Shown in pieces: positions 1 through 12,300 of a DNA stretch of 64,000 bases. Both the position numbers and the translations under genes were made by a program. The notes beneath the pieces were generated by a model, which was given only the letters and a program-made list of their open reading frames with translations, did no database searches and was not told the origin of the DNA. How positions within the stretch are numbered: position 1 is the first letter of the stretch; each line of letters starts with the position of its first letter. Source of the DNA: Macrostomum lignano (lineage: Eukaryota); assembly GCA_002269645.1 (NCBI GenBank), contig NIVC01001824.1, forward strand, positions 110,073-174,072, read 5' to 3'.

Positions 1-290
1 ATAAACATTATCTACCAGATCGATAATCATCCCCTACCAAATCGATAATCACCACCTACCAAATCAATAAACATTATCTACCAGATCGATAGTCACCCCT
101 AACAGATCGATAATCACCCCCTACCAGACTGATAATAATAACCTACCAGACCAATAATCATCACCTACCAGACTGATAATCATCACCTACCAGACCAATA
201 ATCATCACCTACCAGACTGATAATCATCACCTACCAGACAGATAATCATCACCTACCAGAGCAATAATCATCACCTACCAGACTGATAAT
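1..290. repeat. ~21-22 bp minisatellite (GATAATCATCACCTACCAGAC), upstream of the F-box exon
   Basis: Tandem copies visible directly. Confidence 0.9.
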
Positions 291-306
291 CGCCCATCCG
301 CTCCAG

Positions 307-3300
307 CACCGATCAGCACCAAGTCGAGGCTCCACTCGGCAGGCGCCGCACCTTCTGGCGCTCCCATCCGAAATCCTTGTTGAAATTCTTCGCTACCTGC
401 GACTGGCCGACGTACCCGCCGTGTCGGCCACCTGCCGCCACCTGAACAGTCTGCTTCATGGACCAGGCGCTAGTCAGGGCCTATGGCGCAGTCTCCATGG
501 CAACGGCTTAGCCAACGATGAAGCTCGCAAAGTTCTGCCTGTACTGCAGCCTGTGTTCCCCTGCGACTGCAATGTCTGGTTAGTTCCAATACTGATTTGT
601 GATTTCTAGTGCGCTTAAACTGTAAACCCTTCAGTTTAATTCTGAAGTGCTCAGTCAGAGCTGCTCAAACTCTGTTGATGTGGCCAATGAGGCCGCATTC
701 ACTTGGGGCTTGTGTGCACGAGAATTGGCCAAATCCCCATGGCAGAGACAGAGTACATGCCTGTTGACTAGGAATTCAGGGCTGCGGGACGATGTCGACG
801 AAGGCGTTGCGCCCGGGTGCCCGCAGGGGTCCATGAGATTTGCCCGCCGAGGTTTTCCCGCAATGCCTTTTTACTGCAGGCGCCTTTATAGCCACCCGGC
901 AGCTGGAAATAAGCATATCTCTGGCTTCTAAGAAACCTTAGTTTCCAAGAATTCCATAGTTTCTAAAATATTTCCAAGAAATCCCTAGAGAAATGTCTAA
1001 TTTCCAAAATATTACTGGTTTCTAGTTTCAGTTTACAAGAAATCTCTAGCTTCCAAAAAGGATGAGTTTCCAAGAAACATTTTGCTTCTTATTTGTTTCT
1101 AAGAAATCTGGTTTCCGAGAAATCCCTAGTTTCTAAGAAATTTCTAGTTTCTGAGAAATCCATAGTTTCTAAGAAATCCTTTGTTTTCAACAAATATTTG
1201 ATTTCTAGTATCAGCTTCCAAAGAAATCTATAGATTCCAAAAAATACATGGTTTTTAGGAAATGCTAGTTATTCAAAAACCCTATTTTCCAAGAAACCCT
1301 TATTTTTTCCAAGAAACTCCTATTTTCCCAAGAAATCCCTAGTTTCCAGTATCAGCTTCCAGGAAATCGATAGATTCTAGGAAATGCTATTTTCCAAGAA
1401 ACAGCTTGTTTTCCTCTCCTTTTCCCTGACGCCGCAGCTCCGCCGCGTTCCTCGGTTCGGCTTATCGCGACGAGCTTCGCGCCGGCGCCGCCTGGCACCG
1501 CGGCCGGCCCTTGGAGTCGACGCTGTGCAATTTCAAACCGGCACGCCACCAGCGAGGCGGCCATCAACGGCCGGCGGTGCTGGCCATGCCCTGCCTGCAG
1601 CTGCACGGCAGCCAGCTGGTCTATAGTCAGGAGAATCGACTGTATCGACTCAGACTCAACGCCGGAGATTGTTGGCAACGCCTGGTTGCTACGGACGCCT
1701 ATCGCGGCTCGGTGGGCGCCGCCGATGTCACGGCGTTGTCCGTCGAATCGCCGGCCGACGGCGGTCGGGCTCTTGTTGGCACCGGGATGGCCGGCTGCTG
1801 CTGTGGGCTTCTGACGGCGCCGGGCCGCCCAGGTAATTATTTCGAATCTGATTTGGCGCCACTTTTGTCACTCCAATTTGGCGCTAATTTTTGTCACTCC
1901 GATTTGCGCCAATTTTTGTCACTCCAATTTGGCGCCAATTTTTGTCACTCCAATTTGGCGCCAATTTTTGTCACATCAATTTGGCGCCACTTTTATCACC
2001 CTTTATTACCATATAAAGTTTTTAACGTAAAACGCCCTAAAAATAATTTTTACCTTCTTCAGCTTCTATCTTCTTCAGGGTCCGTCGCTATGGTAACCAA
2101 TTTCTTCCGTCATCATTCCTAGACGCTTGCACGGGCACCCATTCGATCAGTCGGCCATGAACTGTATAGACAGTTGCTCTGCAGCGGCCGCAGGTTTCGA
2201 CTGTTGGCGCCTGGTGCTGGCCGGAACAAAGGGCGGCAGCCTGATGGCCGCACGGTTGAACGGTGACTGCTGCGTTCAGGACACTCAGCAGGTGGGACGA
2301 ATTGTTGTTTTCGGCTGGGAAATGTACTAGTGGAGGCTGCTTGAGAATGCTTGGGATTGTTGGTCTGAGTGTGTCAGGTAAATTGGTTATGTCAGGGTTT
2401 TGTGTATGTCGTGGTTTGAGTATGTCAGGGTTTTGAGTATGTTGGGGTTTTGAATTTCAGGGTTTTGAGTTTGTCAGGGTTTGAGTATGTTAGGGTTTTG
2501 AGTATGTCAGGTTTTGAGTATGTCAGGTTTTGAGTATGTCAGGTTTTGAGTATGTCAGGGTTTTGAGTATGTCAGGTTTTGAGTATGTCAGGGTTTGAGT
2601 ATGTCAGGGTTTTGAGTATGTTGGGGTTTTGAATTTCAGGGTTTTGAGTATGTCAGGGTTTTGAGTATGTTAGGGTTTTGAGTATTTTATGGTTTTGAAT
2701 TTCAGGGTTTTGAGTATGTCAGGGTTTGAGTATGTCAGGGTTTGAGTATGTTAGGGTTTGAGTATGTCAGGGTTTTGAGTATGTTGGGGTTTTGAATTTC
2801 AGGGTTTTGAGTATGTCAGGGTTTTGAGTATGTTAGGGTTTTGAGTATTTTATGGTTTTGAATTTCAGGGTTTTGAGTATGTCAGGGTTTGAGTATGTCA
2901 GGGTTTGAGTATGTTAGGGTTTGAGTATGTTAGGGTTTGAGTATGTCAGGGTTTGAGTATGTTAGGGTTTGAGTATGTTAGGGTTTGAGTATGTCAGAGT
3001 TTTGAGTATGTCAGGGTTTGAGTATGTCAGGGTTTGAGTATGTCAGGGTTTTGAGTATGTCAGGGTTTTGAGTATGTTAGGGTTTGAGTATGTTAGGGTT
3101 TGAGTATGTTAGGGTTTGAGTATGTTAGGGTTTGAGTATGTTAGGGTTTGAGTATGTTAGGGTTTGAGTATGTTGGGGTTTGAGTATGTTGGGGTTTGAG
3201 TATGTCAGGGTTTGAGTATGTTAGGGTTTGAGTATGTTAGGGTTTGAGTATGTTAGGGTTTGAGTATGTCAGAGTTTTGAGTATGTCAGGGTTTGAGTAT

Positions 3301-6300
3301 GTCAGGGTTTGAGTATGTCAGGGTTTTGAGTATGTCAGAGTTTTGAGTATGTCAGGGTTTGAGTATGTCAGGATTTTGAGTATGTTAGGGTTTGAGTATG
3401 TTAGGGTTTGAGTATGTCAGGATTTTGAGTATGTTAGGGTTTGAGTATGTTAGGGTTTGAGTATGTCAGGGTTTGAGTATGTTAGGGTTTGAGTATGTTA
3501 GGGTTTGAGTATGTTAGGGTTTGAGTATGTTAGGGTTTCGAGTATGTTGGGGTTTTGAGTATGTCACGGTTTGAGTATGTCAGGGTTTGAGTATGTTAGG
3601 GTTTGAGTATGTTAGGGTTTCGAGTATGTTGGGGTTTGAGTATGTCAGAGTTTTGAGTATGTCACGGTTTGAGTATGTCAGGGTTTGAGTATGTTAGGGT
3701 TTGAGTATGTCAGGGTTTTGAGTATGTCAGGGTTTGAGTATGTTAGGGTTTGAGTATGTCAGTGTTTTTGAGTAGGTCAGATAAATTGAGTATGTCAGGG
3801 TTTTGAAAATGTCAGTTTATTAAAAGTACGTATGTAAAAAAATTCTAAAACAATCAGCATATTCTCAGAATGCTACTCACAGACTTATTAGTAGTAGTAT
3901 CTACAACATTATCTATCTGGAATCTGCAAAATCTAACAACAAACACCGTGGGTTACTCGTAGAATCGCGGCTCTTGGCGCTCCTGGAACAGCGGCGACCG
4001 AATCTACGCCTGTCGTCTGGCGCCCGACGGCTCCGGCGTCGCTCTGATTGGCTGCGCCGGCCTGACAAACGCGTCATCGACGACAGCTGGCACCGACGCC
4101 GCCGAAGGAGGAGGACCGTTGCGCCTCGTCAACATTGAGACCGGGGCCCAGTTGGCCGCGGGCCAGCCGCTGACCGACACCGGCCTGCGCCGGCGGGGCA
4201 GCGGCATCCGGGGCGTGGCTTTCCAGTCGGTCAGTCTGGCCGTCACAGTTGGCTACGATGCCAGGGTCAGACTGTGGGATCTGCGAATGCTTGGCGACGG
4301 GGTAGCGACCCAGCGGCATCGACTGCCTGCGGCTGTGTGGGAGGATCCCAGCGACTGCGCAGGGACTGCTGTAAGTTGATCTCCGTATATACCACCCCAT
4401 CTCCCTATCTACCGCCTCATCTCCCTATCAACCACCTCATCTCCCTATCTACCACCTCATCTCCCTATCTACCACTTCATCTCCCTATCTACCACCCCAT
4501 CTCCCTATCTACCGCCTCATCTCCCTATCTACCACCTCATCTCCCTATCTACCGCCTCATCTCCCTATCTACCACCTCATCTCCCTATCTACCACCTCAT
4601 CTCCCTATCTACCACCTCATCTCCCTATCTACCACCCCATCTCCGTATCTACCGCCTCATCTCCCTATCTACCACCTCATCTCCCTATCTACCACCCCAT
4701 CTCCCTATCTACCGCCTCATCTCCCTATCTACCGCCCCATCTCCCTATCTACTGTCTCATCTCCCTATCTACCGTCTCATCTCCCTATCTACCACCTCAT
4801 CTCCCTATCTACCGCCTCATCTCCCTATCTACCACCTCATCTCCCTATCTACCACCCCATCTCCCTATCTACCGCCTCATCTCCCTATCTACCACCTCAT
4901 CTCCCTATCTACCACCTCATCTCCCTATCTACCGCCTCTTCTCCCTATCTACCGCCCCATCTCCCTATCTACCGCCCCATCTCCCTATCTACCGTCTCAT
5001 CTCCCTATCTACCACCTCATCTCCCTATCTACCACCTCATCTCCCTATCTACCGCCTCATCTCCCTATCTACCACCTCATCTCCCTATCTACCACCTCAT
5101 CTCCCTATCTACCACCTCATCTCCCTATCTACCACCTCATCTCCCTATCTACCACCTCATCTCCCTATCTACCGCCTCATCTCCCTATCTACCACCTCAT
5201 TTCCCTATCTACCACCTCATCTCCCTATCTACCACCTCATCTCCCTATCTACCACCTCATCTCCCTATCTACCACCCCATCTCCCTATCTACCACCTCAT
5301 CTCCCTATCTACCGCCCCATCTCCCTATCTACCACCTCATCTCCCTATCTACCACCCCATCTCCCTATCTACCGCCTCATCTCCCTATCTACCACCTCAT
5401 CTCCCTATCTACCGCCCCATCTCCCTATCTACCGTCTCATCTCCCTATCTACCGTCTCATCTCCCTATCTACCACCTCATCTCCCTATCTACCACCTCAT
5501 CTCCCTATCTACCGCCTCTTCTCCCTCTGCAAAATATGGCGGTTTTTAGGCGGGAATTTTTCTGCGAAAACCAGCCAAAGAAGGCCTACCTCTGTAGTGT
5601 AGAGGAAACTGCCGACAATCGGCTGGATGTAACGCATAAAGTGTGCCGAAGAACCCGCCAGCCGTTAGGCTGTTTCCTGGGTGGATTTCGTTTCAGAAAC
5701 TGCCGAAGAAGCTAATGATTGAAATCTAATTATTCTGCGAATCCTATGTAGAGCACAATTATCGCGTTACCGCTATTTTAATATACATGTTAATGTTGAA
5801 CTTTATTGATAAAATACGAGTAACATAGAAGTGTACTATATCTGTAATAAACACCGACTACTTCAATAATCATTGATTACAAAGACTACAACATTCAAGG
5901 GTAGCCTGAAGCATTTTAATATGATCCAAATAAGTGCAAACAGTAAAAAACATGAGTTCCCATTTTCCAAGGCTAAAGCCAAAAATATAGTGCACTTTGT
6001 ATTATTAAAATAGTATATTATATTTTTAGTGGACCAAACCAAAGTTGTAAAAAACGGAACGTAACATGTGATTATAGCAGATGGCATAAAAAACTCGTGC
6101 GTAAATGCACTACATAGTCAACACTACATCCATAATGCAATGCATCCTCTCGATTCTACTTATTCTTGTATCCTCTCTCCTCACTCCACTTCTCTCTCCC
6201 ATTGCCTCCTCTTTGCTCTCACATATTTCTCTTCTATCTCCTCTGTTCTGTCTACTCTCACATATCTCGTCTCTGCTCTCTCTCTTTTTTTCTTTATCCT

Positions 6301-9300
6301 CTTTCATAACTCCATCTCTCTCCATCTCTATCTCTCTTTCATCTCTTCTCTCTGCTCGCTCATCTCCACTCTATACCTCTCCTGTCTCCTCTCTCATCTC
6401 TCTACTCTCCCACTTCTACTCTCCTCTATCACTTCTCTACTTTCTCCTATCTACTCTCTCCTCTCATTTCATCTCTCCCTCCTCTCACCTCTACTCTCTC
6501 CTCCCGCTTCTCTCGCCCCTCTTTACTCTCTCCTTCCTCTCTTCCCTCTCCTCTCACTTCTCTCCTCTCACAGTGAATGTATGAAATCTTCCGATGGAAT
6601 AACCAACGGTGGGCCCCAACTGGGCCTCCCCATCCTGAAACCCCTGGACGCACCCCTGATAGTCAATAAAGGATTCAAGCTGTTGTGGACAGCAAAAAGC
6701 GGCTTGTTTGACTGGGTCCCAAAAGTTCGTGCAATCGATTCATTATTGGTTTATAACTTAAGACATCGCAAAAAAGTGTTCTGTTGAGCTTAAAGTGTTT
6801 CATAAATTTATGGTTTTCTATTACTTCAAAATGTAAAATTCTGAGAATAATAATGATAATACATGTAGTAATAATAGGGCGGTGCGGTACTTGTTTTAGG
6901 GAGACCCTGGGTTCACAAGTCACAGACTACAAACTGGCAGCAGTTGCACATCGTCACCCTCCAAATGCGGTATGGCATCGCTGTCGGAAGCCAGCATGAC
7001 ACCGACATGACCGACATCAACGTTACCATCGCTATGACTGCAGGCAGCCCGACTAGGCACAAATTTTGATGCGTGTGATGCGGAACTCGGCGCAGACTTC
7101 TGAACAGCGCGTCGTTTGTGCCTCCATTCAGACGTTTTGGCCCGTCGAATCGCCTGTTTTTGCGGCTGCATTCGCTCCCTGGCCGTGGCACGGCACTGCT
7201 TAAATGCTAGACGCAGAGTCTGATGCTCTACAGCGATGTTGGAACGAGCCAAAAATTCCTTTACAGCCTCGATTTTAACTGGGCAGGGTGCGTCCAGAAC
7301 TCGTTGCCCAACTTTTCGGCCTGAAAAAATTGTCGCTAGAAAGTCGGCCTCCGTAAAAAGAGACCGCAGAAGGCAGCAGATAAGACAAGATTCCGCTTTT
7401 TGTACGAGCTCGTCTTTCTCCTTTTTGCCATCGACGTCGATGTCGGAGACTACGAGAGCTTTTACGGATCGAAGAGCTGTCAGCAACTTTCGGATTCGCT
7501 TGGAATCCGTTTTTGTTATTTTTTGCGATCGTAAAGCCTGAGTTTTGTCTGAAAGGCACACAAGCTGCTTTTGCTGGTCACTCTCAGCATCGTCTTCAGA
7601 ATCTGCGTCGCCACCTTGGTTGCCGACATCGGCAATTGCATTAGAATCAACAGCGGCAGAGCCATCCACTGCAGTGCTGATCATTGCTGAGACGTCAGCA
7701 AGAACTTTAGCTGCTCCTTCAGCTTGGACGATTCGGAGAAGAATCTGCTCTCGCTCTTTCTCGAGATCTTTAATTTGCTCGTTGGTTGCAACGAGCCGGT
7801 TTTCGAGCGCAAGATTGGCTGACCGCAGCGCTTCAGTTTGTTCAGAGCCTGTTAGCAGCTCGCTTCAATTCCTAGATAAAAGAAGTGAAAAACTATTTTT
7901 AGTAATATTTCAGCAGTACTGCAGTAAAGGCACAAATTGTAATAGGAAACTTGTCGCTACTTACGAAACCTGCGCATCACTGCTTGTGTTTCGTAAAGAC
8001 TCTTTCGTAGGTCTCACGAAGTTACTTCGTGTTCATCGTAACGGACGGCTACGCAGAGCCGCACAGATTCGCGTGCCGAGCGTTCGTCGTTGAATGGGCC
8101 CTTTGACAGTACTCGGATATGCAGAGCAGCATGAGAACTTTTAGAGATCACAACTTCGACTATTCTTCCTTTTAATAGCCGTTCACCACCGTAGACGAAC
8201 CGGATATCACGCCAGTCTGCGAGGTCTTAAATTGCAGACCCCACCAACGAGGTTCCAAGTTTTCAACGACCCTAAAGGCCCTTCGCGTTTCGTCTACAGG
8301 ATCTTCAACCAAAACCATGTCGGAAGCGCCCAGGTTCAAACCGCTCGTGGCGCAGTCGGCTGTAGCTAGCGGAAGCGTTTTTCTGCATTATAGCTGCCGC
8401 ATTAGATGCACAACGGAGTGCAAGCGGCAGGATTTTGTTGTCATCGGAGGAATTACTATTATTATTATAATCTTTAGCAGACTGCTGTTGGTCCTACAAC
8501 TTCTTACCTTTTTGTACTTCTTTCCTTCTCTTTAGTACTGACTCTTTTGACTGTGCAATTTTTCTCGCGCTTTTCCTGCGTTTTCACTCGTGATTTGGAG
8601 CCTGATTTTGGTGCCATCTGAAATAATATTTGCATCGAAAATCAAGGTATCTGATCACACTGTCCAATTACAACGTACTGTACTAGCAGCTCAGTCATTG
8701 GGTTCATACTACGAAGCGTTATCGTTAAGGTGCATCACGCGCTCGCGTCGTCTCGTATTTTAAAAGGCGAAATATTGCTAAGAGGGGCCTGACTAAGGTA
8801 AGGGCTAAGTATAAGAAAGCAAAGAACTGGAGTAGCTGAAAAATGAAGTCAACTGTTAAATCGTAACAGACGTATATTTTGTTTAATTCCTACTTTTTGA
8901 AAGTGATATTTACGCGTCTCAAACAACGTCACCATACGAACGCAGAATAAAATTACCGTATAATATGAACGTTTTAAGAACTTAGTATGCGGCGAAAAGC
9001 CCTGTAGGACTGAATAGGATAGTATTTTATACAGTCTCTTGCCGCTCCGGCACTGCGAGCTACCAGGTGAATCGTCCCGACGACACACCGACATCTAGTA
9101 AGATGTACCCGCCAAATTAAACTCGCCAAACCCGCCAAAATCACGGGGACAACTGGTGCAATAATACGAGCTATATACCACTAGAACTATTTCTGCCACC
9201 AATTACAGGACTTAAATTGATTCTTTGATTTTGATTTATTTGTAGAAATCGCTGTACGGGGTTTCAAATCAGGCAAAGATATATAGAATGTACGCCGAAC

Positions 9301-12300
9301 TTTCACTGAACCGTCCAAATAGGGCTATAAAAGTTACGAAGTAGCGCTTTGAGCATGTGGAAGCTCACTCACAGTGGAAGCTGTGTGAATTCTCACTGAC
9401 GGCGCAACACCGAAAAATGTCTGTCATTGGGATTTGGATGGTGGCATCAATTACATCAAAAGGAGAACCAATCAGATGCCGAAAATGGCTGAGACGACAG
9501 TCTCGGTTGACAGACTCTGGCAGAACACCCGCAAATGAATGCAAGTTGTCCCAGTCAGGCTCCTGTACTTCAAGCAGACGCACGACTGCTGTAGCACAAT
9601 CGTCAACGACTTGAATTGAATCGACTCTGCCAAACCGAAAACGAGTGGGTGTGTCACCAGCAATAGCGACGAAACACGAGAGCACCCGACGGTTTTGCTT
9701 GCTTTGTTGGTAGACTTCGACAAACAAACCACCCGGAAGCCTTGCGGACTTCCAGTGAATCCCAAGATTGTTGGGTAATACACGACCACGCAAAGTAATA
9801 GTACCAAATGGCTGCTGTATACAGCGACGTCGTTGGCACGAGCTGGTATGCAATTGATGAGCAAAGTCAGCAGCTTCACCAGCTGCAGGTGTACCAATCA
9901 GAGTTTCAATGATATTGACAACTTCAAGGTCGATATTTTTTGAACCGTGGATGCGCTTGCCGATTCGACAGTGTAAGCCCTCAAGAAGCGCAGCCGACTG
10001 CGTGTGAAGAGGGCCAGCCAGGTAAGCATGGGTAACGTTCGATGGCGTTCGATGAAACGTGAGCCAAAAAGTGGCGCTAGACAGCAATAACAGGAAGCAC
10101 CAATAGTCTTGAGGAAGATAGCCTTCTAGCAACATGGGACCATAGACTAGCAACCACATCTCGGCCTCGTGTCCGCGATAGTGTTTTAGCTCCTTAAGTG
10201 TACGTGGTGCTCGTTGAACGCTACGAGGAACGCGAATAGCAGCTGCTTGACTGTAGATAGCAAGTCGGTAAAGATAAAGGTCAGGGTTCCGACCATTCGG
10301 ATCCGGTTTTTCTCGGGAAACCAGAAAAAGCTGCATCAATATCCATCTAAAAAGCCCGCAAAGTAGCTGGTGCAGATAGCACGGAGGCGTAGACCGGATG
10401 TAGTCGAATCCCTGCAAGGCACTCAACGGTGAAAGTCCCTTGACACCAAGAAGATCAGATTTCTCACGAAAAAGAACGCATGGTCCGTGTCTGGCCGTCC
10501 TCTTTTCAGCCAACATAGTCGTATCTTGCGAGCAGCGGACCTCCGGCTGAATGCAGCCTTCTCTTTTGGCAAGTCGTTGACCTGACTTTTTCGGTTTCGT
10601 GGGATACTTTCGACCGCCCCTGGGCCGCTGTGGTTCCGTCTGGATGTAGCACTTGTCACAACCGTAAACGGCATTGAATCGTTTCATACCCAAAGCGTCA
10701 GCGCGTGCAGGGGCATCAAAGATGGCCAGTAGTGGATGAAAACGCAGATGACGAGGTTGACCACTGCTGTCAGTGTACTCAACACCAGGATGCAGAAGAC
10801 TGTTGAGCTCGCGAATAGCCAGTGGCAGAAAAGAAGCTGCAGTCAGCTTCCTCTTTCCAGCCCATAGGCCACAAACCAACGCGTGCTTGTGCTTTATCTC
10901 GTCTGAAATTTCATTATGCTAATGTAATCTGGGCAGCATTCAGTATTTGCAGTCGAATGCACGGGAAAACCGTCGCAACAAATTGTGTACGTCAAGTCAC
11001 ATCGGCTATCCAGAGGCACATTCTCGGCAAATTCTTTGTACAAGATACTATTGGCTAAATAAAGTATATCCGGGCTAGTTCCCTTGATGAGATCTTTTGG
11101 AAATACAACAGCATCCAATAAACCAGCAGATTCAAGTTTACAACGCAGATGTCTGCGGATGTCGAAAACCCAAAATTGACCTATTTTGATGGACTCACAA
11201 TTTGCGCACTTTGTATCCGAGCGTTGAATGCGTCCGCGTACAGCATGTCCGCAATTGTTACAAACAGTATAACAAACCGTTGAACTAGATACAGTGTTCA
11301 TTGATTTGGCAAGGTCAGTAAACTTGTACAAAGTTTTGGGCAGTCGGTTGTTCGGCATTAGAATCCCTGGAATACGCAATAGTTCGTTCTGATTTTCCTC
11401 GGTCAATTTTGCTTCCACAGAGAATCTACTTAACATCGTAACGGCTTCACGAACAGTGACAGTGGAACCCGGGTGAACTGTAGGCGAGTCACCCAAGTCG
11501 CAAGGCGAGTTCATGTGCCAGTCTATAGCCGAACCATCGGTAGCAAAGTTACTAACTGAGCCAACAGCAACACCCGCAATTCCCTTAGTGTCTGTCCCAT
11601 CATCGACCGAGACACTGCTGTCGCCAGAGCCGTCGCTGCTGTCACCAGAGTCGTCGCTGCTGTCACCAGAGTCGTCGCTGCTGCCACCAGAGTCGTCGCT
11701 GCTGTCACCAGATTCGTCTCTGCTGTCACCAGAGTCGTCGCTGCTGCCACCAGAGTTGTCTCTGCTGTCACCAGAACCGCTTTTATTGCCAGAAATACTG
11801 TCAGAGTATTCTCCACTGCTCATTACCATCTGAAGCTTTTGTCGTGCACCTGACTCCAAGCTCGTCGCATCCCGGTGCCGCTTTACCCGTGCTCGCGTTT
11901 GATCTCTGACCCGATCAGTATAGCACTCCTCGCAAGAGCATGATTGTGCACCTGATACGCCGAAACTGCAAACTGCTTGTCTGCGGGGCCTGCCTTTGCG
12001 AGATTCGGTGGCTTTTCTTAAATGCGGCAGTCGGTCGCTCATTTAGCTGAAATTTTTGGGGACCATCTATGACGTAGAAATATAAAATGTACTGCATTAC
12101 ATCAGCCAGAAAAAAACAAGTGGAGCTGAAACTACGCCTAAAATTGACTATATGGTATGGAGTAACTTGCTTGCAAACTGGTGACTAAATCACGTCGAAT
12201 TATCGCGGAAACTAGTCCTGTCATCAGTAAAGGTTAATTTCATTACAAAACTAACGAAAATGAGCCTAAATGTTGTCTCAATTTGGCAACATAAATGAAT

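Noticed and set aside
4274-5602. 442-aa Pro/Ser/His/Tyr-rich ORF
   Set aside because: Translation of the 20-bp intronic minisatellite; it lies past the GTAAGT donor at 4371.
6068-6787. Leu/Ser-rich membrane-protein-like ORFs (also 27187-27615 and 34045-34269)
   Set aside because: Products of CT-rich low-complexity tracts next to MITE ends.
11513-11833. Plus-strand SLLSPES-repeat ORF and alternative-frame ORF
   Set aside because: Antisense and off-frame readings of the 21-bp repeat within the transposase N-terminus.
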